Shown: one piece after another, positions 20,464 to 29,132 of the stretch | Position numbering within the stretch: position 1 is the stretch's first letter | How the letters are laid out: every line of letters starts with the position of its first letter | Origin: Candidatus Altimarinota bacterium | GTDB taxonomy: Bacteria > Patescibacteriota > Gracilibacteria > UBA4473 | Reading direction: 5' to 3' | DNA: 64,000 bases | Assembly (NCBI GenBank): GCA_965231215.1 | Contig: OZ246423.1 | Location: forward strand, 704,001-768,000 | Notes under the pieces: model-generated | The model's input: only the letters and a program-made list of their open reading frames with translations | Told to the model about the DNA's origin: nothing | The model's database searches: none | Translations under genes and position numbers: made by a program

Positions 20464-21284
20464 CATTTGATTTTTAAAAATACTTTCACAGTATCCTTCC
20501 AATCCTGCATCTGGGGCAGTTTGGTATTTTTGAGGACAGAATTGAGAGGGCGTTCGGCTTCAGCTCCAAAAGTTTGGGAATCGACGCGCTTGATGGTGCC
20601 TTTCCAGTGTTTGAGTTTAAGGAAATAGGCCGCAAAGTCCGCCCAACTGACAGGATCACCCGTATTTTGCAGGTGATAATGCCCGATCGGTTGTTTCTTC
20701 TTTATAAAATTTTCGATGATAAATTCGGCAAGATCTGGAGCGTAGGTTGGTCGACCAATTTGGTCGTTAATGATACTAAGTGCTGTTTTATTTTTACTCA
20801 ATTTTAGAATAGTCGAAACAAAATTTTTCCCCCCAGGGCCAAAGAGCCAAGAAGTTCGGATATTCCACCATAAAATATCACTCACTTCTAGCACTTCTTC
20901 TGCTTGTGCTTTTGAACGTCCATAGATGCTTTGTGGATCAAGTGAATAGTCTTCTGGAATTTCTATGTTTTTTGGGGCATTAAAGACATAATCTGTTGAG
21001 AAGTGGATCATTGGAATGCCACTTTTAGTGATGTTTCTTACCGCATCGACATTCAGAGCAAAGCAGTTATCTTTGTCTCCTTCCGCTCGGTCTACGTGGG
21101 TGTAAGCGGCACAGTTGATGATTAGATCGGGTTTTTCTCTCTCTAAAAATTGGATAACTGATGCAAAGTTAAGCAGTTGTACTTCTAATCGTTTTGGAGT
21201 GATAAGCTCAAAGGAAGTATTTTTTAATTGGGATTTGAATTCGGACCCGAGAAGACCCGTTGATCCAAAGAGACAGATTTTCAT
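20460..21284 (-). CDS. rfbD: dTDP-4-dehydrorhamnose reductase
   Basis: GSTGLLG, NCAAYTHVD, STDYVF, YGRSK, DQIGRPT. Confidence 0.93.
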   Translation of the reverse strand: MKICLFGSTGLLGSEFKSQLKNTSFELITPKRLEVQLLNFASVIQFLEREKPDLIINCAAYTHVDRAEGDKDNCFALNVDAVRNITKSGIPMIHFSTDYVFNAPKNIEIPEDYSLDPQSIYGRSKAQAEEVLEVSDILWWNIRTSWLFGPGGKNFVSTILKLSKNKTALSIINDQIGRPTYAPDLAEFIIENFIKKKQPIGHYHLQNTGDPVSWADFAAYFLKLKHWKGTIKRVDSQTFGAEAERPLNSVLKNTKLPQMQDWKDTVKVFLKIKC

Positions 21285-21457
21285 AGTTTTATAATAGATT
21301 ATTTTGTTATATCTGCGAAGGGAGGAATTCAATTTTCTCTGAATCTCGGACTAAGTTTGGAATAATATAGAGAAATAACAAAGAATCTTTTAAAACCTTG
21401 ATAGATCTGAGAACAGAATTATTTGCTCAATCTCATTTTTGGGCATATGATTGTCTT

Positions 21458-21829
21458 ATGAATAGACCAAAAACGGTAATAGTCTTGAGTGTTCTCTTTT
21501 TTCTGTATTTTCTTTATTTGTTATTTCAAGTGGTTAATTATGTTTTAGCATTTGGGGTATTTGAGCTTTTTGGCGCGGGAATTTTTGGACTTCTTATCAC
21601 CGTTATGGTTGGCTTGCTGTGTTTTGGGCTTTGGTTCTTGAAAAGTTGGCTTCCTAAAGTTCTTTATTTAACAACATTGGTTGTTGTAGGAAGAACTATT
21701 TTTATTTCACTCTTTAACGAAGACGTACCCTTTTACTTTTCCCTGGCTATAATATTGGTTTTGCACTCTGTTTATTTCTTTGCAATATTTTACGTCCATA
21801 AAAACAAGAATTTATTTGTTAATCGCTAA
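21458..21829 (+). CDS. Small 4-TM hypothetical membrane protein
   Basis: Hydrophobic ORF; TTGCTC-17-TATGAT promoter ends 6 nt before ATG 21458. Confidence 0.65.
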   Translation: MNRPKTVIVLSVLFFLYFLYLLFQVVNYVLAFGVFELFGAGIFGLLITVMVGLLCFGLWFLKSWLPKVLYLTTLVVVGRTIFISLFNEDVPFYFSLAIILVLHSVYFFAIFYVHKNKNLFVNR

Positions 21830-21831
21830 AG

Positions 21832-21860
21832 AAAAAAACTGAAGTTTCCTTCAGTCTTTT
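21832..21860. terminator. Bidirectional intrinsic terminator
   Basis: A-tract, ACTGAAG-tttc-CTTCAGT, then CTTTT, between convergent units. Confidence 0.7.
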
Positions 21861-21863
21861 AGT

Positions 21864-22230
21864 ACTCTTTTTCTGATAAGCCGAGTTCTGTTTTTCAGGC
21901 AAAATTTATCTGGGATTACCATTGCTGATAACCTCAAGCAACTGGACCAAAATGAGATCAAAACTTGAATACAAAGCTTCCAAATTTTGGACCACCAGCC
22001 TTGCTACCGTTTGGGTTTACCAGATTTCAAGCCTTGCGACTTGAGCCTCCTGACTTTCAGGACTTTTCACCAGTTTCCTCACATAAGTGAGGCGCTGTAT
22101 TGTTTCTGTGGCACTTTCCCTCACCAGACATTGCTGAATGATGGATCGGCTGTTAGCCGTAAACGTGTATTCGTGTAGCTCGGACTTTCCTCCACTAGTT
22201 TATACTAGCAGTATTGCCTCTCAAAAGAGC
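21864..22230 (-). ncRNA. rnpB: RNase P RNA
   Basis: Minus strand has GAGGAAAGUCCGAGC near the 5' end and ACAGAACUCGGCUUAU near the 3' end; P1 CUCUUUU/AAAAGAG. Confidence 0.95.
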
Positions 22231-22276
22231 CATTGCGTTTTATCTAAAAAAGAATCAAAAGTAAAGTCGATGATGC

Positions 22277-22447
22277 TTGTTGATCCATCTCTTTGTTTCT
22301 TGTTGTGATCAAAAAAATATAAGTGGCTCCTGGGATTATCCAGAAAGACCTGTTAGTTGGGAAAAGAATGGAGGGATTCTTGAAAAAAAAGCACTTTATG
22401 AGGGTTGCTTGCTTCGCTATTATTGGATTGATATCGATATAGATTAA
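22277..22447 (+). pseudogene. C-terminal fragment of a GNAT acetyltransferase
   Basis: ..SCCDQKNISGS..EKNGGILE..G..LRYYWIDI* resembles the family tail TCDxxNxxS..IEKNGGVLE..RYWI; no N-terminal part. Confidence 0.5.
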
Positions 22448-22531
22448 AGATTTTTTTAGTATTGACTGGCTATAAGATTCTTGTGTTTTTTTGAAGAAAG
22501 GTTAAGAGTAAGATCCCAAATAAGTTAGTAA

Positions 22532-23050
22532 ATGGAAATTTCAGAGTCTCGAGAATTTCAGGAGTGTTTAAGACAGTTAGAAATGGCTTTTCGAGTACAT
22601 AATTTGCAAAAAGCCTGTCGTGCACAGAGAGGGCTTGATTCAAGCCTAAAGGTTCGGTCGATAGATTCGTGGTTTTCGTGGATTCGAAAGGGGCTTTATT
22701 ATGTTTATGAGGAGGCAGGGGAGATGATTGCTACTTTCTACCTGCAGGATTGTGGGGACAATGTTTTTCGGGTTGGCGGTATGTGTTCTCTAAAAAAAGG
22801 ACATTTCAACCGTTCGGTTTTAAAAAAACAGCTTGAGATACATAAAACAAAGACCTTGGTACTTCAGACCTATCCTCGGTTGGCTAGGTCGTTTGTAGTA
22901 CCGCTTGGGTTTGAGGAGCTTTCAGTCTCAGAATTTGAGAGAAAATATCCAGAAATATTTAAGGCCTATCGTGCAACAGAATCAGAATCTGAGACAGCGC
23001 TAGCTGAAAAAGAAATTGAAAAATATTATTTAAAATTTCCGACGTCATGA
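22532..23050 (+). CDS. Divergent GNAT-fold protein
   Basis: YYVYEEAGEMIATFYL, VGGMCS, F..LGFEE; ATGA overlap with dnaG. Confidence 0.5.
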   Translation: MEISESREFQECLRQLEMAFRVHNLQKACRAQRGLDSSLKVRSIDSWFSWIRKGLYYVYEEAGEMIATFYLQDCGDNVFRVGGMCSLKKGHFNRSVLKKQLEIHKTKTLVLQTYPRLARSFVVPLGFEELSVSEFERKYPEIFKAYRATESESETALAEKEIEKYYLKFPTS

Positions 23051-24726
23051 ACGATAGATTTGTAGAAGACGTAAAATCACGAGTGGACTTAGTAGAAATT
23101 GTCCGCAAATATGCGGATGTAAAGAAGTCCGGTAAAAACTATATGTGTCGGAGTCCTTTTCGGAATGAAAAAACGCCGAGTTTTTCTATCAGCCAGGAAA
23201 AGCAAATGTGGTATGATTTTGGTGCGAGTGAGGGGGGAGACGCCATCTCGTTTATAGAAAAAATAGAGAACTGTTCTTTCCGCGAAGCCGTAGAAACCTT
23301 AGCTGATATAGCAGGTATAGAGGTTCCCAAAGATTTCGGCATCGAAAAAGGCCCTACCAAAGATGAGAAGAAAGATATTTATGCGCTCCATCACAAAGCA
23401 GCTGACTTTTTTGCCAATCAGTGGCAAAAACATGAGAACGCTCAAGATTATTGCATAAATCGAGGAGTGACCCCTGAAATTGTAAAAAAATGGCACCTAG
23501 GATATGGTGGGGATGGGCAGGATAAAAGTGAGTTAACTAAGTTTTTGATGCATTCTGGTTTTTCTGAAAGTCTTATCCAGCAATCTGGAGTAGCCTTTGA
23601 AAGATCTTTTGGAGATAAATCTATGATGGATCGGTTTTGGGGAAGAATTATGATTCCTATTCGTGAACCGAGGGATGGCCAAATTATCGCTTTTTCTGGG
23701 AGAGATATCCTCAACCGTGAAAAAGTAGGGAAATATGTAAATTCACCAGAAAATCCAGTATACCACAAATCTTCCACTCTTTTTGGGTTAGACCGGGCCA
23801 GAATTTCGATTCGTGAAAAAGACCAGGTGATTCTGGTTGAAGGGAATTTGGATGTGATATTTGCTCATGAAAGAGGATTTGATAATACCGTGGCCACCTG
23901 TGGTACGGCACTAACAGAAGACCATCTACGAATGTTAAAGCGATTTACCAAAAACTTTTACCTAGCTTTTGACAATGATCTAGCGGGAAAAAAAGCAACT
24001 CTAAAGGGAGTAGAAATGTGTTTGCGGGCAGAGCTAAACCCTTATGTGATTTCACTAGAAAAAGTAAAAGACTTTGGAGATTTTTTAGCCGATCCTTCCA
24101 ACGCTGAAGCGCTTGAAGAAATGATTGCTGACACCAAACCCGCTTTAGAATTTTTCTTGGATCGGTTTGCGCTCAAAAACCTTGATGGTTCTATCGATGG
24201 AGAAAAGAACTTTCTGGATAGTTTTTTCTATTTTCTCAAGCTTGTACATCGTCCATTGGAAGTAGATGCATACCTCACTCAAGTAGCGGAAAAGCTTAAA
24301 CGAAACAAATCGGTTATTGAGGCTGAATTTAAAAAATTCTCTGGGATGAACCAGCGCTATATGAAACCTAAATATCAGGCAGAAAAATCAGTTAAATTCA
24401 CGCGTGAAGAAAGCTTTGTAGGCTTCCTTTTTGCTTTTTGGGATCAGTTTTCAGATAAAATTATGCCTCAGAAAGAAACCTTTTTGGAACTGTTTTTAGA
24501 ATCAACCCCTCACCATATTTTATCTAAAAAGTTAGAAGGAGCAGAGCTTGAATCCTCAGAAAAAAGCCAGGTTCTGGCCTGGCAGATGTGGCAAGAGAAC
24601 TCATTCCAAGAAGAAGTGCCCTCAGAGGCTGTACTAGAAGAAATGTTTAAATTTTTTGGGCAAATGCTCAAAAATGAAAAGGTAAAAAAAGAGAGATTAG
24701 AAGCGGCAAAAAATATAAAAGTTTAA
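23047..24726 (+). CDS. dnaG: DNA primase
   Basis: EKTPSF, DRFWGRIMIPI, KYVNSPE, TOPRIM VEGNLDV, FDNDLAG. Confidence 0.96.
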   Translation: MNDRFVEDVKSRVDLVEIVRKYADVKKSGKNYMCRSPFRNEKTPSFSISQEKQMWYDFGASEGGDAISFIEKIENCSFREAVETLADIAGIEVPKDFGIEKGPTKDEKKDIYALHHKAADFFANQWQKHENAQDYCINRGVTPEIVKKWHLGYGGDGQDKSELTKFLMHSGFSESLIQQSGVAFERSFGDKSMMDRFWGRIMIPIREPRDGQIIAFSGRDILNREKVGKYVNSPENPVYHKSSTLFGLDRARISIREKDQVILVEGNLDVIFAHERGFDNTVATCGTALTEDHLRMLKRFTKNFYLAFDNDLAGKKATLKGVEMCLRAELNPYVISLEKVKDFGDFLADPSNAEALEEMIADTKPALEFFLDRFALKNLDGSIDGEKNFLDSFFYFLKLVHRPLEVDAYLTQVAEKLKRNKSVIEAEFKKFSGMNQRYMKPKYQAEKSVKFTREESFVGFLFAFWDQFSDKIMPQKETFLELFLESTPHHILSKKLEGAELESSEKSQVLAWQMWQENSFQEEVPSEAVLEEMFKFFGQMLKNEKVKKERLEAAKNIKV

Positions 24727-24732
24727 AAACCG

Positions 24733-24772
24733 AAACCCCCTTAACCCCCTGTTTGGCTAAAGAGGGGGGAAT
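24733..24772. repeat. REP-like C-rich/G-rich palindrome
   Basis: CCCCCTTAACCCCCT-gtttggctaaag-AGGGGGGA; single copy in this window. Confidence 0.4.
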
Positions 24773-24841
24773 TTTACAGCGTGAAGTGGGGGTATCCAGT
24801 TTTGGCTCAGGAAGCGTTTTCATTGGTAATTATGGTTCATA

Positions 24842-25303
24842 TTGAGTAAAAAGGATTCGATGATTTTAGCCGATAACCGAAAAGCGCGTTTTGATTATGA
24901 AATCCTCCAAACTCTAGAAGCGGGAATAGTGCTTGAGGGATGGGAGGTGAAGTCTCTGCGTGCCGGGAATGCGAACCTTAAGAGTTCCTGGATTAGTATT
25001 CAGAACGGAGAAGCCTACCTAAAAAACTGTAAAGTGGCCGTCTGGCGTTACGGGACAGATTCCCAGCAAGATCCTCTCAGAGAGCGGAAACTCCTCTTAC
25101 ACAAAAACGAAATTTTAAAGTTAGAACAGCAGGTTTTAGAAAAAAAAGTTACCATCGTGCCGCTTAAACTCTATCTAAGCATGGGCAAAATTAAATGCGA
25201 AATTGCCCTAGGGAAAGGTCGTCAAAAATATGAAAAAAAACAAGTCCTCAAAGAACGTTCTGTAGACAGGGAAATACAGAAAGTGATTAAGAATATGCGG
25301 TAA
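24842..25303 (+). CDS. smpB: SsrA-binding protein
   Basis: NRKARFDY, EAGIVLEGWEVKSLR, RKLLLHK, GKGRQKYEK. Confidence 0.96.
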   Translation: MSKKDSMILADNRKARFDYEILQTLEAGIVLEGWEVKSLRAGNANLKSSWISIQNGEAYLKNCKVAVWRYGTDSQQDPLRERKLLLHKNEILKLEQQVLEKKVTIVPLKLYLSMGKIKCEIALGKGRQKYEKKQVLKERSVDREIQKVIKNMR

Positions 25304-25466
25304 TAAAAATTTGCCAAATCTAATAAAATATCTATATTCGCCCGTGCTTTTTGCAAATTTGTCGAACAAAAGTGGAGAATGTAAGGGCCCTTTTGTGAGG
25401 AGCGGAAGACAGGATCTAATGCTGGCCGTAATTTCAATTGCTAAAGCATAGAGCCCTTAATGACGA

Positions 25467-25541
25467 TCCCGGGTAGCTCAGTGGTAGAGCAATTGGCTGT
25501 TAACCAATTGGCCGTCGGTTCGAGCCCGACCCCGGGAGCCA
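25467..25541 (+). tRNA. tRNA-Asn(GTT)
   Basis: Acceptor TCCCGGG/CCCGGGA, anticodon arm ATTGG-CTGTTAA-CCAAT, GTTCGAG T-loop, encoded CCA. Confidence 0.96.
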
Positions 25542-25840
25542 TTCTTTTGTCTCTGACAAGTTCAGTAACACATCAAACGGTTCGCGTAAGTCGTGCATTA
25601 GCTTACCGTCTTTTAGACGTAAGTTCGAAGTGACTAGATTTAAAAGTTGCTGCTTACGAGCTTCTGTCGCGTGTCTAAATAACGGTCCTGCTCGTTGAGC
25701 GAGGTCTAGTATGGTTAACCAGCACTAAACGAAACCGCTTGTGGATTTGGTCACGAACATCTTGCTCAGTTTCTTCAGCTTGGTTAAGCCTAAACTCAAA
25801 AAGTGAAGCGGTTTCAGAGTTTTCTTCAACAGCTATGAGT
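25500..25840 (-). pseudogene. Frameshifted C-terminal remnant of a large serine recombinase reading into the tRNA-Asn 3' end
   Basis: 25724-25500 reads ..TILDLAQRAGPLFRHATEARKQQLLNLVTSNLRLKDGKLMHDLREPFDVLLNLSETKEWLPGSGSNRRPIG*; an upstream coiled-coil piece lies in another frame. Confidence 0.7.
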
Positions 25841-25999
25841 GGGTTATCCGCTTACTACCTCGAGTAAAAACATCCAGGTATTATAGCGGATTTAGGCTGA
25901 AAATTCAATAACACACTTAGGGCAGTTTGTAAGCAAAAACCTTGAAATTGGTTGACATTTTAATATTTTATAATAAAAGGATTAAAATAATTTTTCAAC

Positions 26000-26458
26000 A
26001 TGAGAAAAACTACAATGCTATTAGCTGCTGGAGGCCTTGCTGCTACCGCTGGTTACGGTGGTTACATTAAAACTATGCCCGCTGACCCTAATTTCACCGA
26101 TAAAATTAAAACCGCGTTAAGTTGTGCCGGAAATCCTATTAATAGTGATGGTGTAACAAGGGATAATACGAAAGTCTACAGGAGAGCTGTGAGCGGAGTA
26201 ATAACAATTTCGCATACTATGGCTCAAATGCCTGATGGTAGTGTGCTGTTCTGTAAAGATGGAGCGAAAAGCTCTGTTTGCACTATTGAATCGGCTGACG
26301 GTGGGTTTGATGGAATTCCTGAAGGAACTTTTCAAATGTTGGATAACGGTCAAGAAGTGCCAGGACTTCAAAAAGGTGTAAATCAACATCAGCGAGGCAT
26401 TCGGGCTATGGCTGAAGCCTGCTTAAAGGGTGAGCCAAACTTGGTAAACCAAAACTAG
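26000..26458 (+). CDS. Hypothetical secreted/anchored protein
   Basis: 152 aa, signal-like N-terminus, 4 Cys. Confidence 0.6.
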   Translation: MRKTTMLLAAGGLAATAGYGGYIKTMPADPNFTDKIKTALSCAGNPINSDGVTRDNTKVYRRAVSGVITISHTMAQMPDGSVLFCKDGAKSSVCTIESADGGFDGIPEGTFQMLDNGQEVPGLQKGVNQHQRGIRAMAEACLKGEPNLVNQN

Positions 26459-27750
26459 CCACCGAAGTAACACCAATTACCGTTTATCGCATTACAAAAA
26501 CTATTAGTTAATTGTGTAATACTTAGTGGTTCATCGCTCCAATCTAATTCATTAGCTTTGTAGAAAAAATTACTCATTCTCATTGAAGCATCACTAAATT
26601 CAGGTCTAATCATGGTAGCCAACCTTCCAAAGTTATCTAAATTTTTAAGACCTGTTTTATCTAGCACTGGATCGAGACTTGTAAATTCTTCCATCAAGGA
26701 ATCAAAATCTGATTGACTCAGTAACTGATTCATCCCCCTGTTTGTCATCGATTGATCTAGCATTTTGTCAATTCTATTGAAGGTGGCCGAGAATTCTGGC
26801 ATTCGACCACTTGGGGCGAATTCAAGTAAATCTGATAAAAATTTGGCCTCCCTAGCTTCTAAGATAAGAGCATCTTCATATTTTAAGTTTGGTATGACTT
26901 TTCGTAAATCCGTTAAAGAAAATTCGTAATTACCAAATCGAACAGGGTCACTTTCCGTTTTAGGCATTCGTTCATGAGCCACCCAAATTTGTACGGCTAG
27001 CCGTACATTTTTAAAAGCTTTATCACCAATCTTAATATCTCGATGGTTAATATTTTGGTCAACATAAGTGGCATTGTCTAAAATTTGTCTTTGGGCATCA
27101 GGGGCACGATGAGGGAAGCGCTGATTATAAGCTTTAGCAAAGTCACCAAAGCTATCAAAACCTAATTCGTTTATAACACCCAATAGACCTTCTTCCTCTA
27201 CAAGATCGCCTCCTGCTTCTGTATTGAAACGACCAATATTTGAGATTTCACCTGATGGATGGACATAATCTAAGGAAATAATGCCATAGTCGGAAGATTG
27301 TAAAACTTTACGAACTGCATTGTATTCGGCTCTTGTACCTATTTTAATTCGCTCTTCACCTCCTTTTTGTTGCGTAGTAACCTCCCTTTTAAGGTTATCT
27401 CTTTCGACCTTAAAAGCCAGGCGGTTCATGTCATCTACACTTTCTCGCCAAGACTCTAAAGCCAAGTAATAGGTTTCCATGGCGAGTCTGGGTTGTGACC
27501 CCCAAACACCATTAACAGACAGCTTTCGGCTAAATACTTGGTTATAGTGTTGAGCAAATATTGGAAGCACTGTTTGTAGGTCATTTCCTTCAAATCCCCA
27601 GCTATTTAGAACACTAATCACATCGGCTTCTTGCTTAGGCGTAAGTTTGCGTGCAGGTAACGAGCCTAAGGCTAAGTTTCCAATTGTAACGCTTGTATTT
27701 TTGGCTTTTGCACTGGCTTTATCGTAGTGGTCGGTAATAGTTTCTGACAT
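26455..27750 (-). CDS. Hypothetical protein
   Basis: 431-aa ORF with no recognised motif. Confidence 0.7.
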   Translation of the reverse strand: MSETITDHYDKASAKAKNTSVTIGNLALGSLPARKLTPKQEADVISVLNSWGFEGNDLQTVLPIFAQHYNQVFSRKLSVNGVWGSQPRLAMETYYLALESWRESVDDMNRLAFKVERDNLKREVTTQQKGGEERIKIGTRAEYNAVRKVLQSSDYGIISLDYVHPSGEISNIGRFNTEAGGDLVEEEGLLGVINELGFDSFGDFAKAYNQRFPHRAPDAQRQILDNATYVDQNINHRDIKIGDKAFKNVRLAVQIWVAHERMPKTESDPVRFGNYEFSLTDLRKVIPNLKYEDALILEAREAKFLSDLLEFAPSGRMPEFSATFNRIDKMLDQSMTNRGMNQLLSQSDFDSLMEEFTSLDPVLDKTGLKNLDNFGRLATMIRPEFSDASMRMSNFFYKANELDWSDEPLSITQLTNSFCNAINGNWCYFGG

Positions 27751-27815
27751 AAATTAAAAAACTAAATCTTCAGATTATATCATACTTTAATCAGTTCAAC
27801 AACAAGAGAACTGGC

Positions 27816-27851
27816 AAAAAAACACTCCCAGCTTTCTGGGAGTGTTTTTTT
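27816..27851. terminator. Intrinsic terminator
   Basis: AAAAAAACACTCCCAG-cttt-CTGGGAGTGTTTTTTT. Confidence 0.9.
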
Positions 27852-27874
27852 ATTTAGACTTTAGAATTTTTGAA

Positions 27875-28639
27875 TTATCCCTGGTCAGCGTTTGGTCCGC
27901 CTCTTCGATCAGTCCGACGTTGTTGTCGGTCGTCTCGTCTTTCTTTAATTTTGTCAGCTCGTTCTGGGTTTACTTCTCGAATGTTTTCAATCATTCGGTC
28001 AGCTCGTTCTTTGGCTTCCTCTCGTTTGGCTTCGATTTGAGCTTTGGCTTCCTCTTGAGTAATAGTTCCGGCTTCAACCTGAGATTTCATATCTTCTCGG
28101 TAAGCTTTTCGGTCTTCAGCCTGCTCTTTTCTCATTTTTGACTTTTGGTCTTTGTAATCGGCACGAGTTTCGGCACGAGTTTCGGCACGAGCTTCTTTGT
28201 CGCTGGCCCGTTGAGCTTTCATAGCTTCTTTAGCTTCTTCTCTGGTCATTTCTCCAGATTCTACTTTGGATTTGATGTCAGCACGGGCGGCTTTAGAGGC
28301 TTCTCTTCTAGAAAGAGCCTTATCTAAACGGCTTGTCATTTCAGCCGCTCGTTCTGGGTTTTCTTCAGCAATAATAGCAATTCGAGCTTTAATGTTATCT
28401 ACACGAGCTTGGAATCGAGCTTCTTTTTCGGCTCGAAGGGCGGCAATCTTTTCAGCCCATTGGGTGCGAGCTTCTTCTTTCGTAATTTCTCCGGCTTCAA
28501 CCTGGGCTCGAAGTTCAGCTTTTTCAGCCTTAGCGGCTTCAATTTTAGCTTTCCAGTCTTGGTTAGAAGTTTGAGCGAAAGTAAGAACAGGGATCATAAG
28601 CGCAAGAGCCAAAGCGCTAAAAATTTTTGTTGTTTTCAT
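27875..28639 (-). CDS. Secreted coiled-coil low-complexity protein
   Basis: Signal peptide; three VExGxxTxEEA repeats; RAET repeat from a 12-bp tandem at about 28160-28192. Confidence 0.75.
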   Translation of the reverse strand: MKTTKIFSALALALMIPVLTFAQTSNQDWKAKIEAAKAEKAELRAQVEAGEITKEEARTQWAEKIAALRAEKEARFQARVDNIKARIAIIAEENPERAAEMTSRLDKALSRREASKAARADIKSKVESGEMTREEAKEAMKAQRASDKEARAETRAETRADYKDQKSKMRKEQAEDRKAYREDMKSQVEAGTITQEEAKAQIEAKREEAKERADRMIENIREVNPERADKIKERRDDRQQRRTDRRGGPNADQG

Positions 28640-28731
28640 TTTTTATTGGGTTAGTGAATGAATGATTAGAAAGAAAACTTTCACCTGATTATACGCACAG
28701 ATAAAAGTTCTCTTTCAAAAAAGTTCAAAAA

Positions 28732-28989
28732 TTAAAGTTCAAGCTCTTCTAATTCATCGATAGCTTCATCAACAGCGGCATCTTCTTCTGTTAGTTCATC
28801 GGCTTCTTGAACCGTTTCTTCCGTTTCTTCTTGAAGGGCTTCTTCGTTTTCATCCTCAACAGGGTCTGTTTCCATAGCTTCTTTCATAGCTTTTTCTACA
28901 GATTCTGGAGTTCGAGGTACTTCAACTGTAGGGGGTTTAATACAGGCTGTAAGCATAAGCGCGATCACTAGGGCAAGAAATTTTTTCAT
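28732..28989 (-). CDS. Small acidic lipoprotein
   Basis: Lipobox LTAC; Glu-rich. Confidence 0.65.
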   Translation of the reverse strand: MKKFLALVIALMLTACIKPPTVEVPRTPESVEKAMKEAMETDPVEDENEEALQEETEETVQEADELTEEDAAVDEAIDELEELEL

Positions 28990-29132
28990 TTTAAAAAAAG
29001 ATTATAAAATCGTGGCTCACTATAGTCCTATTCGGGGTTTCTGCCAAATGAAAGTTGGGTTAAACTAGTTTAACCAAATAATTATGCAGTGATTATTTTA
29101 AAAAAGTGTGGCCTTTTCATGGCGAAGCCAGT

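Noticed and set aside
25304-25900. tmRNA (ssrA) next to smpB
   Set aside because: No GGGG..UUCGAC 5' end or T-arm/CCACCA 3' end on either strand apart from tRNA-Asn.
25542-25900. Large structured ncRNA after the tRNA (stems such as GAAACCGCTT/AAGCGGTTTC)
   Set aside because: The minus strand translates as a recombinase C-terminus, which explains the region more simply.
28160-28192. 12-bp tandem repeat as CRISPR or contingency locus
   Set aside because: In-frame coding repeat (RAET) without spacers; no cas genes seen.
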